Below, piece after piece: positions 1-9,107 of a DNA stretch of 64,000 nucleotides. The stretch's first letter is position 1. Each line of letters starts with the position of its first letter. The translations under genes were made by a program, and so were the position numbers. The notes under the pieces are model-generated. The model was not told the origin of the DNA and ran no database searches. It was given only the letters and a program-made list of their open reading frames with translations. Origin of the DNA: an uncultured candidate division WWE3 bacterium (lineage in GTDB: Bacteria; Patescibacteriota; WWE3; UBA101185; UBA10185); contig CBFDCV010000001.1 of the NCBI GenBank assembly GCA_965603395.1, positions 5,389-69,388 on the forward strand, given 5' to 3'.

Positions 1-30
1 AATCTCAGATACAAATATTCCAAAAATCTA

Positions 31-636
31 ATGAAAGAAGCAAGGATTTGCGTTAAGTTGCTCTCTGCCATTCCCTGGGTAAAGATGATAGCAGTTACAG
101 GTGCCGTAGCTTCTCATAATGCTGTAAAAGATGACGATGTGGATGTTTTTATTGTGGCAGAAAAAAACCGTTTGTGGATTACCCGGTTTTTTGTATTTTT
201 CATTTTAAAGGCGATTGGTAAATATGCTCAAAAAGGGGAAGATAACAGAAAACTTTGTTGCAACCTTTTTGCTGATGAATCGGGTATGAGGTGGGTAAAA
301 GACAAGCATAATATATATGTGGCCAGGGAAATGTTAAGCATGCAACCTTTGTTGGATAAAGACAACACTTATTTTAAATTTATCCAGGTAAATTCTTGGG
401 CTTTAAAATATTTTAATAACTACAAAATGGAGTTTCCAAAAAAATACGCGGTGAAAAATTTAAATAAAAGCCGTTTGGTTTGGTTTTTGGAAAACTCTTT
501 AAGGAAGTTCCAACTAAATTACATGAAAAACAAAAAAACTACCGAGATCACCACCAAGCACTTCATTCATTTTAATAAGCACGATCACACCAAGGAGATC
601 TTATCTGAGTACAAGGGTAAGCTTTCCGATATCTAA
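31..636 (+). CDS. Nucleotidyltransferase-fold protein (Pol-beta-like NTase superfamily). May be 5'-truncated by the window edge: the frame is open back to position 1.
   Basis: G[AS]...D.D-type motif 'VTGAVASHNAVKDDDVDVFIV'. No other recognisable domain. Confidence 0.3.
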   Translation: MKEARICVKLLSAIPWVKMIAVTGAVASHNAVKDDDVDVFIVAEKNRLWITRFFVFFILKAIGKYAQKGEDNRKLCCNLFADESGMRWVKDKHNIYVAREMLSMQPLLDKDNTYFKFIQVNSWALKYFNNYKMEFPKKYAVKNLNKSRLVWFLENSLRKFQLNYMKNKKTTEITTKHFIHFNKHDHTKEILSEYKGKLSDI

Positions 637-641
637 CAGCG

Positions 642-1412
642 CTACAAGGTTTTCAGTTTTAATATTTCCGGTTTCATGCCCTGCGGTATTTTTTTTTCGT
701 CAACTTCATTCCATAAATCCAAAGCTACTGCTACATAACCGTTAAATAAAAGGTGAATAGCTTCTCTTATTTCAGGTTTTACCTTTGGATTCTCAATAGC
801 TTTTAGCATCCTCTCCCTAATTTCTAAGCCATATTTAAAGGTAGTTCTTATGTTGTCTTCATCACCATTAGGCCGGTTTTGGATCCATTTGGTATAAAAA
901 TAAATGAATACTAAGTTTCCATCCAAGACGTCTATTACGTTGGCTACAAGCGCCTGTTGGTTATGTGGAATCTTATCACCAGACCTTCTTAGGAAATCCT
1001 CAGCTGCATGGAAGTTTTCAAAAAGTTTATAATCTGACTCCTTAAATACTTTTTTTGCTTCTTCATTTTCTGCCTCTTCCTGCTTTTTAGCCAAGGCAAA
1101 GTTTTTGTACCTCTCCACAGCACTTACATCTACTCCGTCTGTGTACTCAGGAATGTCATGGATCCATAAAGTTCTAACCAAATCCGGATTATTAAAGGGG
1201 AGGGTCACGGCTCTGTATACACATCTTAAGGTATGAGCTTTTGAGTTATCTTCAATCATGCCAGGTTTATTTTTAGTAAACTGATTGAATCTTTTTACAT
1301 TTTCAAGTTTTTCTATGTATTTTTTTATATCAGGAGGGATTTTAATATCTTCGACATTTCTGTCTTCTGAGTCTGGATATATTATGGGAATCATTTCAAA
1401 ATATTTTGACAC
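642..1412 (-). CDS. HD-domain phosphohydrolase (YfbR-like 5'-deoxynucleotidase family)
   Basis: H...R motif 'HTLRCVYRAVTL' followed by 'LWIHDIPE' (the HD motif) and a later D. Length of about 256 aa is typical. Confidence 0.45.
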   Translation of the reverse strand: MSKYFEMIPIIYPDSEDRNVEDIKIPPDIKKYIEKLENVKRFNQFTKNKPGMIEDNSKAHTLRCVYRAVTLPFNNPDLVRTLWIHDIPEYTDGVDVSAVERYKNFALAKKQEEAENEEAKKVFKESDYKLFENFHAAEDFLRRSGDKIPHNQQALVANVIDVLDGNLVFIYFYTKWIQNRPNGDEDNIRTTFKYGLEIRERMLKAIENPKVKPEIREAIHLLFNGYVAVALDLWNEVDEKKIPQGMKPEILKLKTL

Positions 1413-1492
1413 GGTCTTTATTCTAACAAAAAGGACGGGCTAAACTATAATAGCTTTTAATAAATACTCAATTATAGGGCTGCCGTCAAATC

Positions 1493-3151
1493 CTACATCA
1501 TGCCCGGCATGCCGCCCATTCCGCCTGCAGCCGCTGCCGCTGCCGCGGCTCCTAGATCGTCTTTGTCTTTTGGTAAGTCAGCCACTAAACATTCTGTGAT
1601 TATGACCATAGTGGCTACAGATACAGCATTTTGCAAAGCACTTCTAGTCACTTTTGCGGGGTCAATTATGCCATCTTTTATCATATCCACATAAAGCATA
1701 CTGATAACGTTTAGTCCTATGTTGGGGTTTTTATCTTCCGCTGTCTTGGCTTCCAGTTCGGCCATGACCTTGCCGGCGTCTGCACCTGCGTTGCTGGCAA
1801 TGATCCTGGTTGGTTTCTCTAGCGCTTCATATAAAATATTGGCGCCTGTTTCTTCGTCACCTTCAAGATCTAAACCTCTTATAGCTTCTCTAGCTCTTAG
1901 GTAAACAACACCACCTCCTGGAACTATGCCTTCTTCTACGGCAGCTTTGGTGGCATTTACTGCGTCTTCTACTCTGAGTTTTTTCTCTTTCATTTCAGCT
2001 TCTGTAGCAGCTCCTACACCAATGACGGCCACGCCTCCGGTCAATTTAGCCAGCCTTTCCTGCAACTTTTCCTCGTCATAGTCAGAGGATGTATTTTCCA
2101 TTTGGGTCTGGATCTGATCTACTCTTGCTTTGATCTGTTTTTCATCTCCTCTACCACCTACAATAATGGTATCGTCTTTATCGGAAATTACCCTGTCTGC
2201 TCTACCTAGATCCTCAACAGTCACAGAATCCAGCTTTCTTCCCATATCTTCGCTGACCATAGTAGCACCGGTTAGAACAGCAATATCTTCCAACATGGCT
2301 TGTCTTCTATCACCAAAACCGGGGGCTTTCACAGCCAAAACGTTGAAAGTGCCTCTTAGTTTGTTAACTACCAAGGTAGCCAAGGCCTCTCCTTCAATGT
2401 CTTCGGAAATAATAACCAGATTTTTAGAAACTTTTACGAAATTCTCCAGCATTGGTAAAAGCTCTTGCAAGTTAGAAACCTTATAGTCGGTTACTAATAT
2501 GTAGGGTTCTTCAATTTCTGCCTCCATTTTGTCCGGATTGGTCACAAAATATGGTGAAGCATAACCTTTATCAAACTGCATACCTTCTTTGTATTCCAAC
2601 TCAATATTAAAACCCTTACCTTCTTCTACAGTTATGACTCCGTTGTCACCAACCTTTTCCATGGTTTCCGCGATTAAGTTTCCAATCTCGACATCCTGAG
2701 CAGAGTTTGAAGCAATTTGGGATCTTTCTTCTTTTGAAGTTATATCTTTTGAAATCTTTTTTATTTCATCAACCGCAATAGTGGAAGCTTTTTCCAAACC
2801 CTTCCTTATAATCATGGGGTTGGCGCCGGCACTGATATTTTTTAATCCGCTTTCCACTAAGGCCTGGGCTAACACCACAGCAGTTGTGGTCCCGTCTCCT
2901 GCCACTTCATTGGTTTTACTGGCAGCCTCTTTTACTATCTGGGCTCCCATATTTTCAAATTTATCTTCCAATTCAATTTCTTTAGCTACAGTGACTCCAT
3001 CATTTACAACCGACGGAGCGCCCCAGCTTTTATCTATAGCCACATTTCTGCCTTTGGCACCTAGGGTGGTGGCTAAGGCTTTAGCTAAAGTGTCAACACC
3101 TGTTTTTAATTTTGATCTGGCTTCTTCGCCATATATGATTTGTTTTGCCAT
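1493..3151 (-). CDS. groL: Chaperonin GroEL (Cpn60)
   Basis: Full-length 552 aa with conserved GroEL blocks and a C-terminal GGM repeat tail '[10 protein letters not shown]'. It sits immediately downstream of groES. Confidence 0.97.
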   Translation of the reverse strand: MAKQIIYGEEARSKLKTGVDTLAKALATTLGAKGRNVAIDKSWGAPSVVNDGVTVAKEIELEDKFENMGAQIVKEAASKTNEVAGDGTTTAVVLAQALVESGLKNISAGANPMIIRKGLEKASTIAVDEIKKISKDITSKEERSQIASNSAQDVEIGNLIAETMEKVGDNGVITVEEGKGFNIELEYKEGMQFDKGYASPYFVTNPDKMEAEIEEPYILVTDYKVSNLQELLPMLENFVKVSKNLVIISEDIEGEALATLVVNKLRGTFNVLAVKAPGFGDRRQAMLEDIAVLTGATMVSEDMGRKLDSVTVEDLGRADRVISDKDDTIIVGGRGDEKQIKARVDQIQTQMENTSSDYDEEKLQERLAKLTGGVAVIGVGAATEAEMKEKKLRVEDAVNATKAAVEEGIVPGGGVVYLRAREAIRGLDLEGDEETGANILYEALEKPTRIIASNAGADAGKVMAELEAKTAEDKNPNIGLNVISMLYVDMIKDGIIDPAKVTRSALQNAVSVATMVIITECLVADLPKDKDDLGAAAAAAAAGGMGGMPGMM

Positions 3152-3168
3152 AATTAATACTCCTTAAT

Positions 3169-3462
3169 TTATTCTCCCACTATAGCCAAAACATCTTCCT
3201 GTTTTACCAAGAGCATGTCTTTGCCATCAATTTTAATATCTGTACCTCCCCATTTTTTGTACATAACTATGTCGCCTTTTTTTACGACCATGTCAACTTT
3301 TTTACCTTCGGAGTCAACTTTACCTCCACCTACAGCAACTACTTTGCCTTCTTGTGGTTTTTCTTTAGCTGAATCAGGAATTACAATACCGGAAGGTAGG
3401 GTGGTTTCTTTTTCTAATGGTTCGATAAGTATGTTATCGAATAGTGGTTTAATTTTTGCCAT
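3169..3462 (-). CDS. groS: Co-chaperonin GroES (Cpn10)
   Basis: 97 aa, 'MAKIKPL...DNILIEPLE...GIVIPDSAKEKPQEGKVVAVG' is a typical GroES sequence. Confidence 0.95.
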   Translation of the reverse strand: MAKIKPLFDNILIEPLEKETTLPSGIVIPDSAKEKPQEGKVVAVGGGKVDSEGKKVDMVVKKGDIVMYKKWGGTDIKIDGKDMLLVKQEDVLAIVGE

Positions 3463-3506
3463 ATTATTCTTTTAAATTTTAATTAAATACAAAAATGCTC
3501 GTTGAT

Positions 3507-3536
3507 AAAATAGCACTCTAATGCTTTAAGTGTCAA
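3507..3536 (-). promoter_or_regulatory. groESL promoter candidate overlapping a degenerate CIRCE-like element (HrcA operator)
   Basis: On the gene strand: TTGACA, an 18-nt spacer, then TATTTT. One arm 'GAGTGCTAT' matches the CIRCE half-site GAGTGCTAA at 8/9; the partner arm is weak at 6/9. hrcA is present in the window. Confidence 0.3.
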
Positions 3537-3547
3537 GTGGAAATTTT

Positions 3548-5395
3548 CTACGACCTCGCCCTGGCGTACACCCTAAGCATTCCTTCACCAATTTTATCTT
3601 GTTTGTAGATTTCCATAACGGGAATTTCCGAAGTATTTTCTACATGAGGTCCGCCGCAAAATTCTTTACTCACCGCTTTGTCCAAATCTTCCCCAACGTA
3701 GTAAACCTTCACTTGATCTCCGTATTTTTCGTTAAAAGCGTGAATGGCTCCGGTGGTTAATGCTTTTTCCTTTGGTAGTATTTCAAATTTTACAGGTAAT
3801 GCTTCCTTTGCCACTTTATTCATTACACTCTCAACTTCTTTTAACTCTTCATCCGTCATTTTTTGCGAATGATTAAAATCAAATCTTAGTCTTTCTCCGG
3901 TTATATTACTTCCGTGCTGCACAACCTGATCTCCCAACACCTTTCTCAGCCCCAAATGTAGTAGGTGGGTGGCTGTGTGGTACTTAAGCACTTGTTCCGA
4001 ATGATCAGCTAGCCCTCCTTTAAATTTTTGCTCAGCTCCTGCACGTGATTTTTCCTTATGTTCTTCTTCCAATTTCTTATATTCAACGTCAAACGTATTC
4101 TTATGCTCTTCCTTCTGTATAACACCTTTTTCCACAAGATCCTCTTTGAACATCTCCACGGGATAACCCCAAGATTGGGAAGCATCAAAAGCCGCTTTTG
4201 ACGGCGCTACTTCATCCACCATTGGTTTATCTAAAGCATCGATTACTTTTACCACTTTAGGCTTTGCCTTATCCAAAGTCTTCCTAAACTTATCTTCTTC
4301 CATAGAAAATGTCTTCTGAATATCCTCGATCCTGTCTTCCAACTCAGGATATAACCAAGAAAACATGTTTCCCGCTACGGGAACTAAGCTCACGGAAATG
4401 CCTTTTTCTAATCCCAAGTTTCTTCCGGCCCTAACGATCCTTCTTAGTAATCTTCGCAAAATGTAACCTTGATCCTTATTACTTGGTAACACACTATCCA
4501 TGGCCAAAAACACAGCCGCTCTCATATGATCAGCAATGATTCTCATAGGTTTTTGCACTTCTCTCCCACCGCTCTCGTAATTCTTCCCGCTTAGCTCTTC
4601 AAGTTTTTGAATAACTGTATGAAAATTATCGGTCAAATAAATGTCTTTGTGTCCTTGCACAACCATAGCCATTCTCTCTAGCCCACCGCCAAAATCTACA
4701 TTCTTCTGGGGCAGTTCTTCCCACCCTGACGCAGTTTTCCTATACTGCATGAACACAGAATTACCAATTTCCAAAAATTCATCCTGAAACTCAGCCGGGT
4801 CTTTGCCAAAACCGTCTCCCTCATCGCCAATATAATAAAAGACCTCGCTATCAGGGCCGCCCAGCTCACCCACTGCCTCACCACGCTGCCACCAGTTTTC
4901 TTCCTTACCATAAGAAAATATCCTTTCCCCCTCTTTAGCTTCAACCCCATATTTAACAAAAACCTTTTTTAAAATTTCCACAGAAACATCATCCTTTGGA
5001 GCGTCTTTATCTCCGGCAAACACAGAAGCGTACATTTTATTAATATCCAAGCCCAAATCACTTACTAAAAACTCAAAAACCCACTCCAACTGCTCTTTTT
5101 TAAAATAATCACCCAAACTCCAGTTTCCCAGCATGTGAAAAGACGTTGTGTGTCTGTTTGTTTCTCCTACATTATCCAAATCTTCGAAAAATCTTAAGCA
5201 TCTTTGCACATTCATAATTCTTTTACCTAAAGGGTGGGTCTCGCCGGATAAATAGGGGACTAAGGGAAACATGCCCGAATTGACATACAACAAAGTTGGG
5301 TCGTTTTCGGGCACTAAAGATACGTTGGGAACCTGTTTGTGTCCTCTTTTTTCATAAAAGGCCAGATATTTTTGTAAAATCTCTTTAGAGTCCAT
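3548..5395 (-). CDS. alaS: Alanine--tRNA ligase (AlaRS), short form lacking the C-terminal C-Ala/DHHA1-like domain
   Basis: Class II motifs 'TLLYVNSGM', 'NRHTTSFHMLGNWSLGDYFK', 'GGGLERMAMVVQG', and an editing-domain HxxxH...CGGPHV. Start taken at 'MDSKEILQKYLAFYEKRGH' (ATG 5395) because the longer ORF start overlaps tRNA-Cys. Confidence 0.85.
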   Translation of the reverse strand: MDSKEILQKYLAFYEKRGHKQVPNVSLVPENDPTLLYVNSGMFPLVPYLSGETHPLGKRIMNVQRCLRFFEDLDNVGETNRHTTSFHMLGNWSLGDYFKKEQLEWVFEFLVSDLGLDINKMYASVFAGDKDAPKDDVSVEILKKVFVKYGVEAKEGERIFSYGKEENWWQRGEAVGELGGPDSEVFYYIGDEGDGFGKDPAEFQDEFLEIGNSVFMQYRKTASGWEELPQKNVDFGGGLERMAMVVQGHKDIYLTDNFHTVIQKLEELSGKNYESGGREVQKPMRIIADHMRAAVFLAMDSVLPSNKDQGYILRRLLRRIVRAGRNLGLEKGISVSLVPVAGNMFSWLYPELEDRIEDIQKTFSMEEDKFRKTLDKAKPKVVKVIDALDKPMVDEVAPSKAAFDASQSWGYPVEMFKEDLVEKGVIQKEEHKNTFDVEYKKLEEEHKEKSRAGAEQKFKGGLADHSEQVLKYHTATHLLHLGLRKVLGDQVVQHGSNITGERLRFDFNHSQKMTDEELKEVESVMNKVAKEALPVKFEILPKEKALTTGAIHAFNEKYGDQVKVYYVGEDLDKAVSKEFCGGPHVENTSEIPVMEIYKQDKIGEGMLRVYARARS

Positions 5396-5407
5396 AACAA
5401 CAATCTT

Positions 5408-5482
5408 TGGAGGCGCAGGGGGGAATCGAACCCCCGCATCGAGGTTTTGCAGACCCCAGCGTTTCCACTTCGCCACTGCGCC
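5408..5482 (-). tRNA. tRNA-Cys (anticodon GCA), CCA end encoded
   Basis: 75-nt cloverleaf read on the minus strand: acceptor GGCGCAG/CTGCGCC, anticodon stem-loop GGGGT-CTGCAAA-ACCTC, T-arm GGGGG-TTCGATT-CCCCC, and discriminator U73, which is a tRNA-Cys identity element. Confidence 0.9.
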
Positions 5483-5523
5483 TTGATTTAACGCTAAAAT
5501 ACAATTGATATTTTACCATTTAC

Positions 5524-6882
5524 ATGATAATTTACCTATGTAACATCCTGCCTAGCATAATTGATATGTCCATTTCGACTCTGCAAACTATTGATCGAAG
5601 GCCAAAGAAGTTCAAGCTTTCGAATATACTCATTTATATAACTGCAATACTCATTGCGTTGCTCTTGGTATTTTTCGGCAAAAGCATGTATATGTACTTG
5701 AAGGGATTGGGGGGTAAATCAGCCATTTCCGTAGATATAGCACACGGCAGGGCAGAAGTGTTCATAAACGATGAAAACATAGGAGTTACCCCGGCAGATT
5801 CTGAAGAAATTAAACCCGGCACTAACAAAGTAACCCTAAAATCATCTTCCCGGCAGTACGAAACAACCATTAACTTTTTATCCAATAGCGACAAGTACAT
5901 TCATAAAGTGGGTATCTTCAGAGACCTTGGTGTGTCTGACCTATTCTCCTCAGGACAAGATTTATGGTTTGACGAAAGTACTTCGGAGGTGGTCTTGCGT
6001 ATCATTTCTGAGCCTCCCGGTGCTTCAGTTTACATAGATAACACAGAGATTGGCAAAACACCCTATACTTCCAGTAAATTAACTGAAGGTGATTACGATC
6101 TGAGAGTGGAAAATGTGAATTTTGAACCACAAAAAGCTAGGATCAGGATCCAAAAAGGGTACACATCTAATGTGGCGGTTAAACTTTTCCCTATGCCTGT
6201 ACCTTCTACCATCAATCTTTATAAGGGATCAGATAATTTATATGATATTTCGTCCGACAATAATCAGATAGTGGCTGACACTCAAACCTGGACCAAAGCT
6301 GTTATTTATTGGAATCAAACCAGAGGCGTTAACCTTGAAGGAGTGGGTTTGAACAAAGAGCTTGTTTTTGACTACTACCTTGATTACAAAGGTGATATTT
6401 ACAATGCCCGCGGTGATTTGGTCACAGAACCTGAAGCTTTTGATGAGCTAAGATCCGCTGAAAAAGGTGCCTATTTGGGACGTTTTTCAGACGGCGAGGG
6501 GCTAACAGAGATGGCTAGAGAAGCTTTGAAATCTTTTAAATCCTTACCTTCTATGGGAAACGGTGAGCCAAAAGTGAGAATACTACCAACCGGTTTAAGC
6601 TGGCTAAGGGTCAGAAGTGAACCTAGCACCGGATCTTCTGAAATAGCCAAGGTAGACGTTGGCCAAGAGTATGTTCTTGTGGAAGATGGGGTGGAATGGG
6701 TAAAAATAAAGGTCACAGAGACGGTACAAGGCTGGGTATCTAAAAGATACGTGGAGGACGTGGTAGTAAAGGTTGAGGAGGTACTTCCTCCGGCGACGGA
6801 AACTACTGAAACACCCGAAGAGATTCCGGAGGAGGGTACGGTTGAACCGGAACCCGTTGAGGAAGAAACACCGGCAACATAA
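5524..6882 (+). CDS. Membrane-anchored PEGA-domain protein with a C-terminal SH3b-like domain and an acidic Pro/Glu/Thr tail
   Basis: N-terminal TM helix and two PEGA-like segments ('ISEPPGASVYIDNTEIGKTPYTS...GDYDLRV'). SH3b-like 'WLRVRSEPSTGSSEIAKVDVGQEYVLVEDGVEWVKIKV...GWVSKRYV'. Start uncertain; an alternative is M15. Confidence 0.45.
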   Translation: MIIYLCNILPSIIDMSISTLQTIDRRPKKFKLSNILIYITAILIALLLVFFGKSMYMYLKGLGGKSAISVDIAHGRAEVFINDENIGVTPADSEEIKPGTNKVTLKSSSRQYETTINFLSNSDKYIHKVGIFRDLGVSDLFSSGQDLWFDESTSEVVLRIISEPPGASVYIDNTEIGKTPYTSSKLTEGDYDLRVENVNFEPQKARIRIQKGYTSNVAVKLFPMPVPSTINLYKGSDNLYDISSDNNQIVADTQTWTKAVIYWNQTRGVNLEGVGLNKELVFDYYLDYKGDIYNARGDLVTEPEAFDELRSAEKGAYLGRFSDGEGLTEMAREALKSFKSLPSMGNGEPKVRILPTGLSWLRVRSEPSTGSSEIAKVDVGQEYVLVEDGVEWVKIKVTETVQGWVSKRYVEDVVVKVEEVLPPATETTETPEEIPEEGTVEPEPVEEETPAT

Positions 6883-6884
6883 AC

Positions 6885-7475
6885 CTATCTAAAGGACTCG
6901 TGCCACTCGACTACATCATTTCTCATACTTTCTGCCTTTTCTTTTGTCTGATTGAAGTCTTCATCTTGACCTAGTTTTTTTTCATATTTGGCCACATCCG
7001 CATATAAGCCCAAATCGTTTTGGTAAGTGTTTTTTAATGAGTGATAATAAGTTCTTGCTACAGTCAGGTAGTCCAAGTTTACGTTTTTGTTTCCACCTAC
7101 CTCATCCATAGCTCCGGAAGCCAAAAAGTAATACAAAGGGATAATATTTCTTAACGTAGCCAAGTTCTTGGGATTTAGATCATAGGCTTTCTCAAGACTT
7201 TTCAATATTTCTTCGCGTGTTTCGTCCTCATCGGCCCAAATAAGAGTGGCTAGAAGTATTTTTGCTTTTTGTCTTGTGTACGCAGGCTCTCTGCTATTTA
7301 GTTTTATAGCACTTACTATATGACCCGCCGCATCCTCCAATTGCCCGGTTTCCAATTCACTTTTTGAGGCGGTGTAATAAATATCGGCAAAATAGAGATT
7401 TATGAATTTGCCCATCAAAGTAAGATACATACCTACCACTATGAATAACAATATTGTTCTAAGCATTAAGTACAT
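6885..7475 (-). CDS. Membrane-anchored TPR-like repeat protein
   Basis: N-terminal hydrophobic helix followed by helical-repeat sequence with TPR-like spacing of A/L/Y residues. No catalytic motif. Confidence 0.3.
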   Translation of the reverse strand: MYLMLRTILLFIVVGMYLTLMGKFINLYFADIYYTASKSELETGQLEDAAGHIVSAIKLNSREPAYTRQKAKILLATLIWADEDETREEILKSLEKAYDLNPKNLATLRNIIPLYYFLASGAMDEVGGNKNVNLDYLTVARTYYHSLKNTYQNDLGLYADVAKYEKKLGQDEDFNQTKEKAESMRNDVVEWHESFR

Positions 7476-7520
7476 TATATCCCGCTACGCCCGGTGCATC
7501 GAGTGCGATAAAATATTACC

Positions 7521-7895
7521 GTGTCTAAATTTGTAAATAAGGTACTGGAAATTGTGTACATGATTCCCCAAGGACAGGTAGTTAGTTATGGACAAGTGGC
7601 GCTCATGGCAGGCATTCCTAGGGGTGCTCGATTTGTGGGCGGTGTTTTGCACTTCCGGGGTGAAAACACTCCGTGGTGGAGAGTAATAAATAATGCCGGA
7701 AGAATAAGTACAACGTGCCAGGAACATACAGCCACTATGCAAAAGAAAAGGCTGCTTTCAGAAGGTGTAAGAGTTGATAAAAAGCTAAACATAGATATTG
7801 AAAAGTATCGATGGAGACCTGAACCGGATGTACTGGAAAAACTAGAGCTTAAAGATGATTACATACAAAAGATCATGGAGAAGTATCTGTTTTGA
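7521..7895 (+). CDS. Alkyltransferase-like protein (ATL): MGMT/Ogt DNA-binding domain lacking the acceptor cysteine
   Basis: Ogt-like 'VSYGQVALMAGIPRGARFVGGVLH' and the active-site block 'TPWWRVIN' in place of PCHRV (Cys replaced by Trp, as in YbaZ/Atl1-type ATLs). 124 aa. Confidence 0.55.
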   Translation: MSKFVNKVLEIVYMIPQGQVVSYGQVALMAGIPRGARFVGGVLHFRGENTPWWRVINNAGRISTTCQEHTATMQKKRLLSEGVRVDKKLNIDIEKYRWRPEPDVLEKLELKDDYIQKIMEKYLF

Positions 7896-9084
7896 TCAAC
7901 ACTAACCACAACCAAAATAATAAGCTTGTACATACGGTAGGCCAACCAAAAATGTTGGTGGCATAAAATCCTACTAAGCCTGCCGCTAGAAAAGTATCCT
8001 TGGTTTTAAGCGCCCTTACCATAATTAGAAAATAAATCACCAAAGCTACCACACCGGACTCAACCAATATTTCTAAATAATAATTGTGCGGTTTATTTAA
8101 AATAAAATCCCACTCAGAAGAATAGTTTAAAAAATCCTCTCTGAAAAACGGGAACTGATAAGGAAAGGTCTCCGGACCTGTGCCAAGCAAAAAGTTTTTG
8201 GGGCTTGAAAAGGCCATTCTTATGCTACCCTTCCACAAACCCAGCCTGATCAACCCCGGATCTGACACATTATAGCTTTGCGGATCTGTGCTTAAAGTAA
8301 GTGCGTCTGAAATTCTTTCTTTAAAGAAAGAGATGTTAAAAACGCTAAAAATTATGAAAACAAAAACAGCTAATAATCCCCACCTATTTAATACCTTCCT
8401 CCTAAATTTAATAGTCAAAAACACCAACCCCGCCGCAAGACCTACCAACCCCGATAGTGAATGAGCAAACCACAGGTTAATGAAGGCGATCAAAAAAGTA
8501 GTTGTCCAGAAATACTTTTTCAGATTCTCATCTGCTTTTAAAATTCTGTCTATCAACAAAGGTAGCAAAAACACAAGATAGGCCGCCAACCAGTTGGGCT
8601 GTCCTAATGTCGATGATATTCTATTTTGTTCGAATATCTGAAATATCCCGTAAAGAGAAACCGGAAAAACACTTAAACAAATTAGGTCCTTTAAGGTTTC
8701 CGCCTTTTTGCCATCGATAAAATTAATGCCCACCAAATAAATACCAAAAAATATTAGGAAGGACACCAACCCTCCGTTAAATCTTGAGTAGTAACCCCAA
8801 ACGGAGGTATAAGAATGAGAAGAGAACAGGGTAGATAATGAGATAATTCCCAAATAGAGTAGTATTTCTTTACCGGGAAATACCACTTTTTTTCCTCCAA
8901 ACAAAAGCCTCAACAACAACCAAAGAAACACAATAGTGCTTCCTACAATATAAACAGATGTCATTTTTGGAAATTCGTAGGCCTCGGCAGTGAAATTACT
9001 AAACACTAAAGGTGTAAAAAAGCCCAGAGATAAAAATAGGCCCAAAATAACCTTACTGATAGTAACTTTCAGCTGACTGTTCAT
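7873..9084 (-). CDS. Polytopic membrane protein, O-antigen ligase/Wzy-like family (putative)
   Basis: About 10-12 predicted TM helices over 403 aa with one larger loop. The family assignment is by architecture only. Confidence 0.3.
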   Translation of the reverse strand: MNSQLKVTISKVILGLFLSLGFFTPLVFSNFTAEAYEFPKMTSVYIVGSTIVFLWLLLRLLFGGKKVVFPGKEILLYLGIISLSTLFSSHSYTSVWGYYSRFNGGLVSFLIFFGIYLVGINFIDGKKAETLKDLICLSVFPVSLYGIFQIFEQNRISSTLGQPNWLAAYLVFLLPLLIDRILKADENLKKYFWTTTFLIAFINLWFAHSLSGLVGLAAGLVFLTIKFRRKVLNRWGLLAVFVFIIFSVFNISFFKERISDALTLSTDPQSYNVSDPGLIRLGLWKGSIRMAFSSPKNFLLGTGPETFPYQFPFFREDFLNYSSEWDFILNKPHNYYLEILVESGVVALVIYFLIMVRALKTKDTFLAAGLVGFYATNIFGWPTVCTSLLFWLWLVLIKTDTSP

Positions 9085-9107
9085 GATATTATTATTATAA
9101 CTCGCTA

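Noticed and set aside
1500-3167. Several 60-128-aa ORFs on the + strand inside groEL
   Set aside because: They are antisense to a high-confidence conserved gene, low-complexity Ala/Ser/Pro-rich translations, with no independent signal.
3491-3500. 'TGCTCGTT' 8-mer shared between the groES upstream region and the 9108 repeat
   Set aside because: It is too short to separate from chance in AT-rich DNA. It is mentioned only as a weak observation.
4696-4959. Internal antisense and alternate-frame ORFs within alaS, dnaK, the VirB4-like gene, proS and others
   Set aside because: They are fully contained in well-supported genes and lack conserved features.
5396-5476. N-terminal extension of the alaS ORF ('MAKWKRWGLQNLDAG...')
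   Set aside because: This stretch is the reverse-strand image of tRNA-Cys. The conserved AlaRS N-terminus begins at the internal Met (5395).
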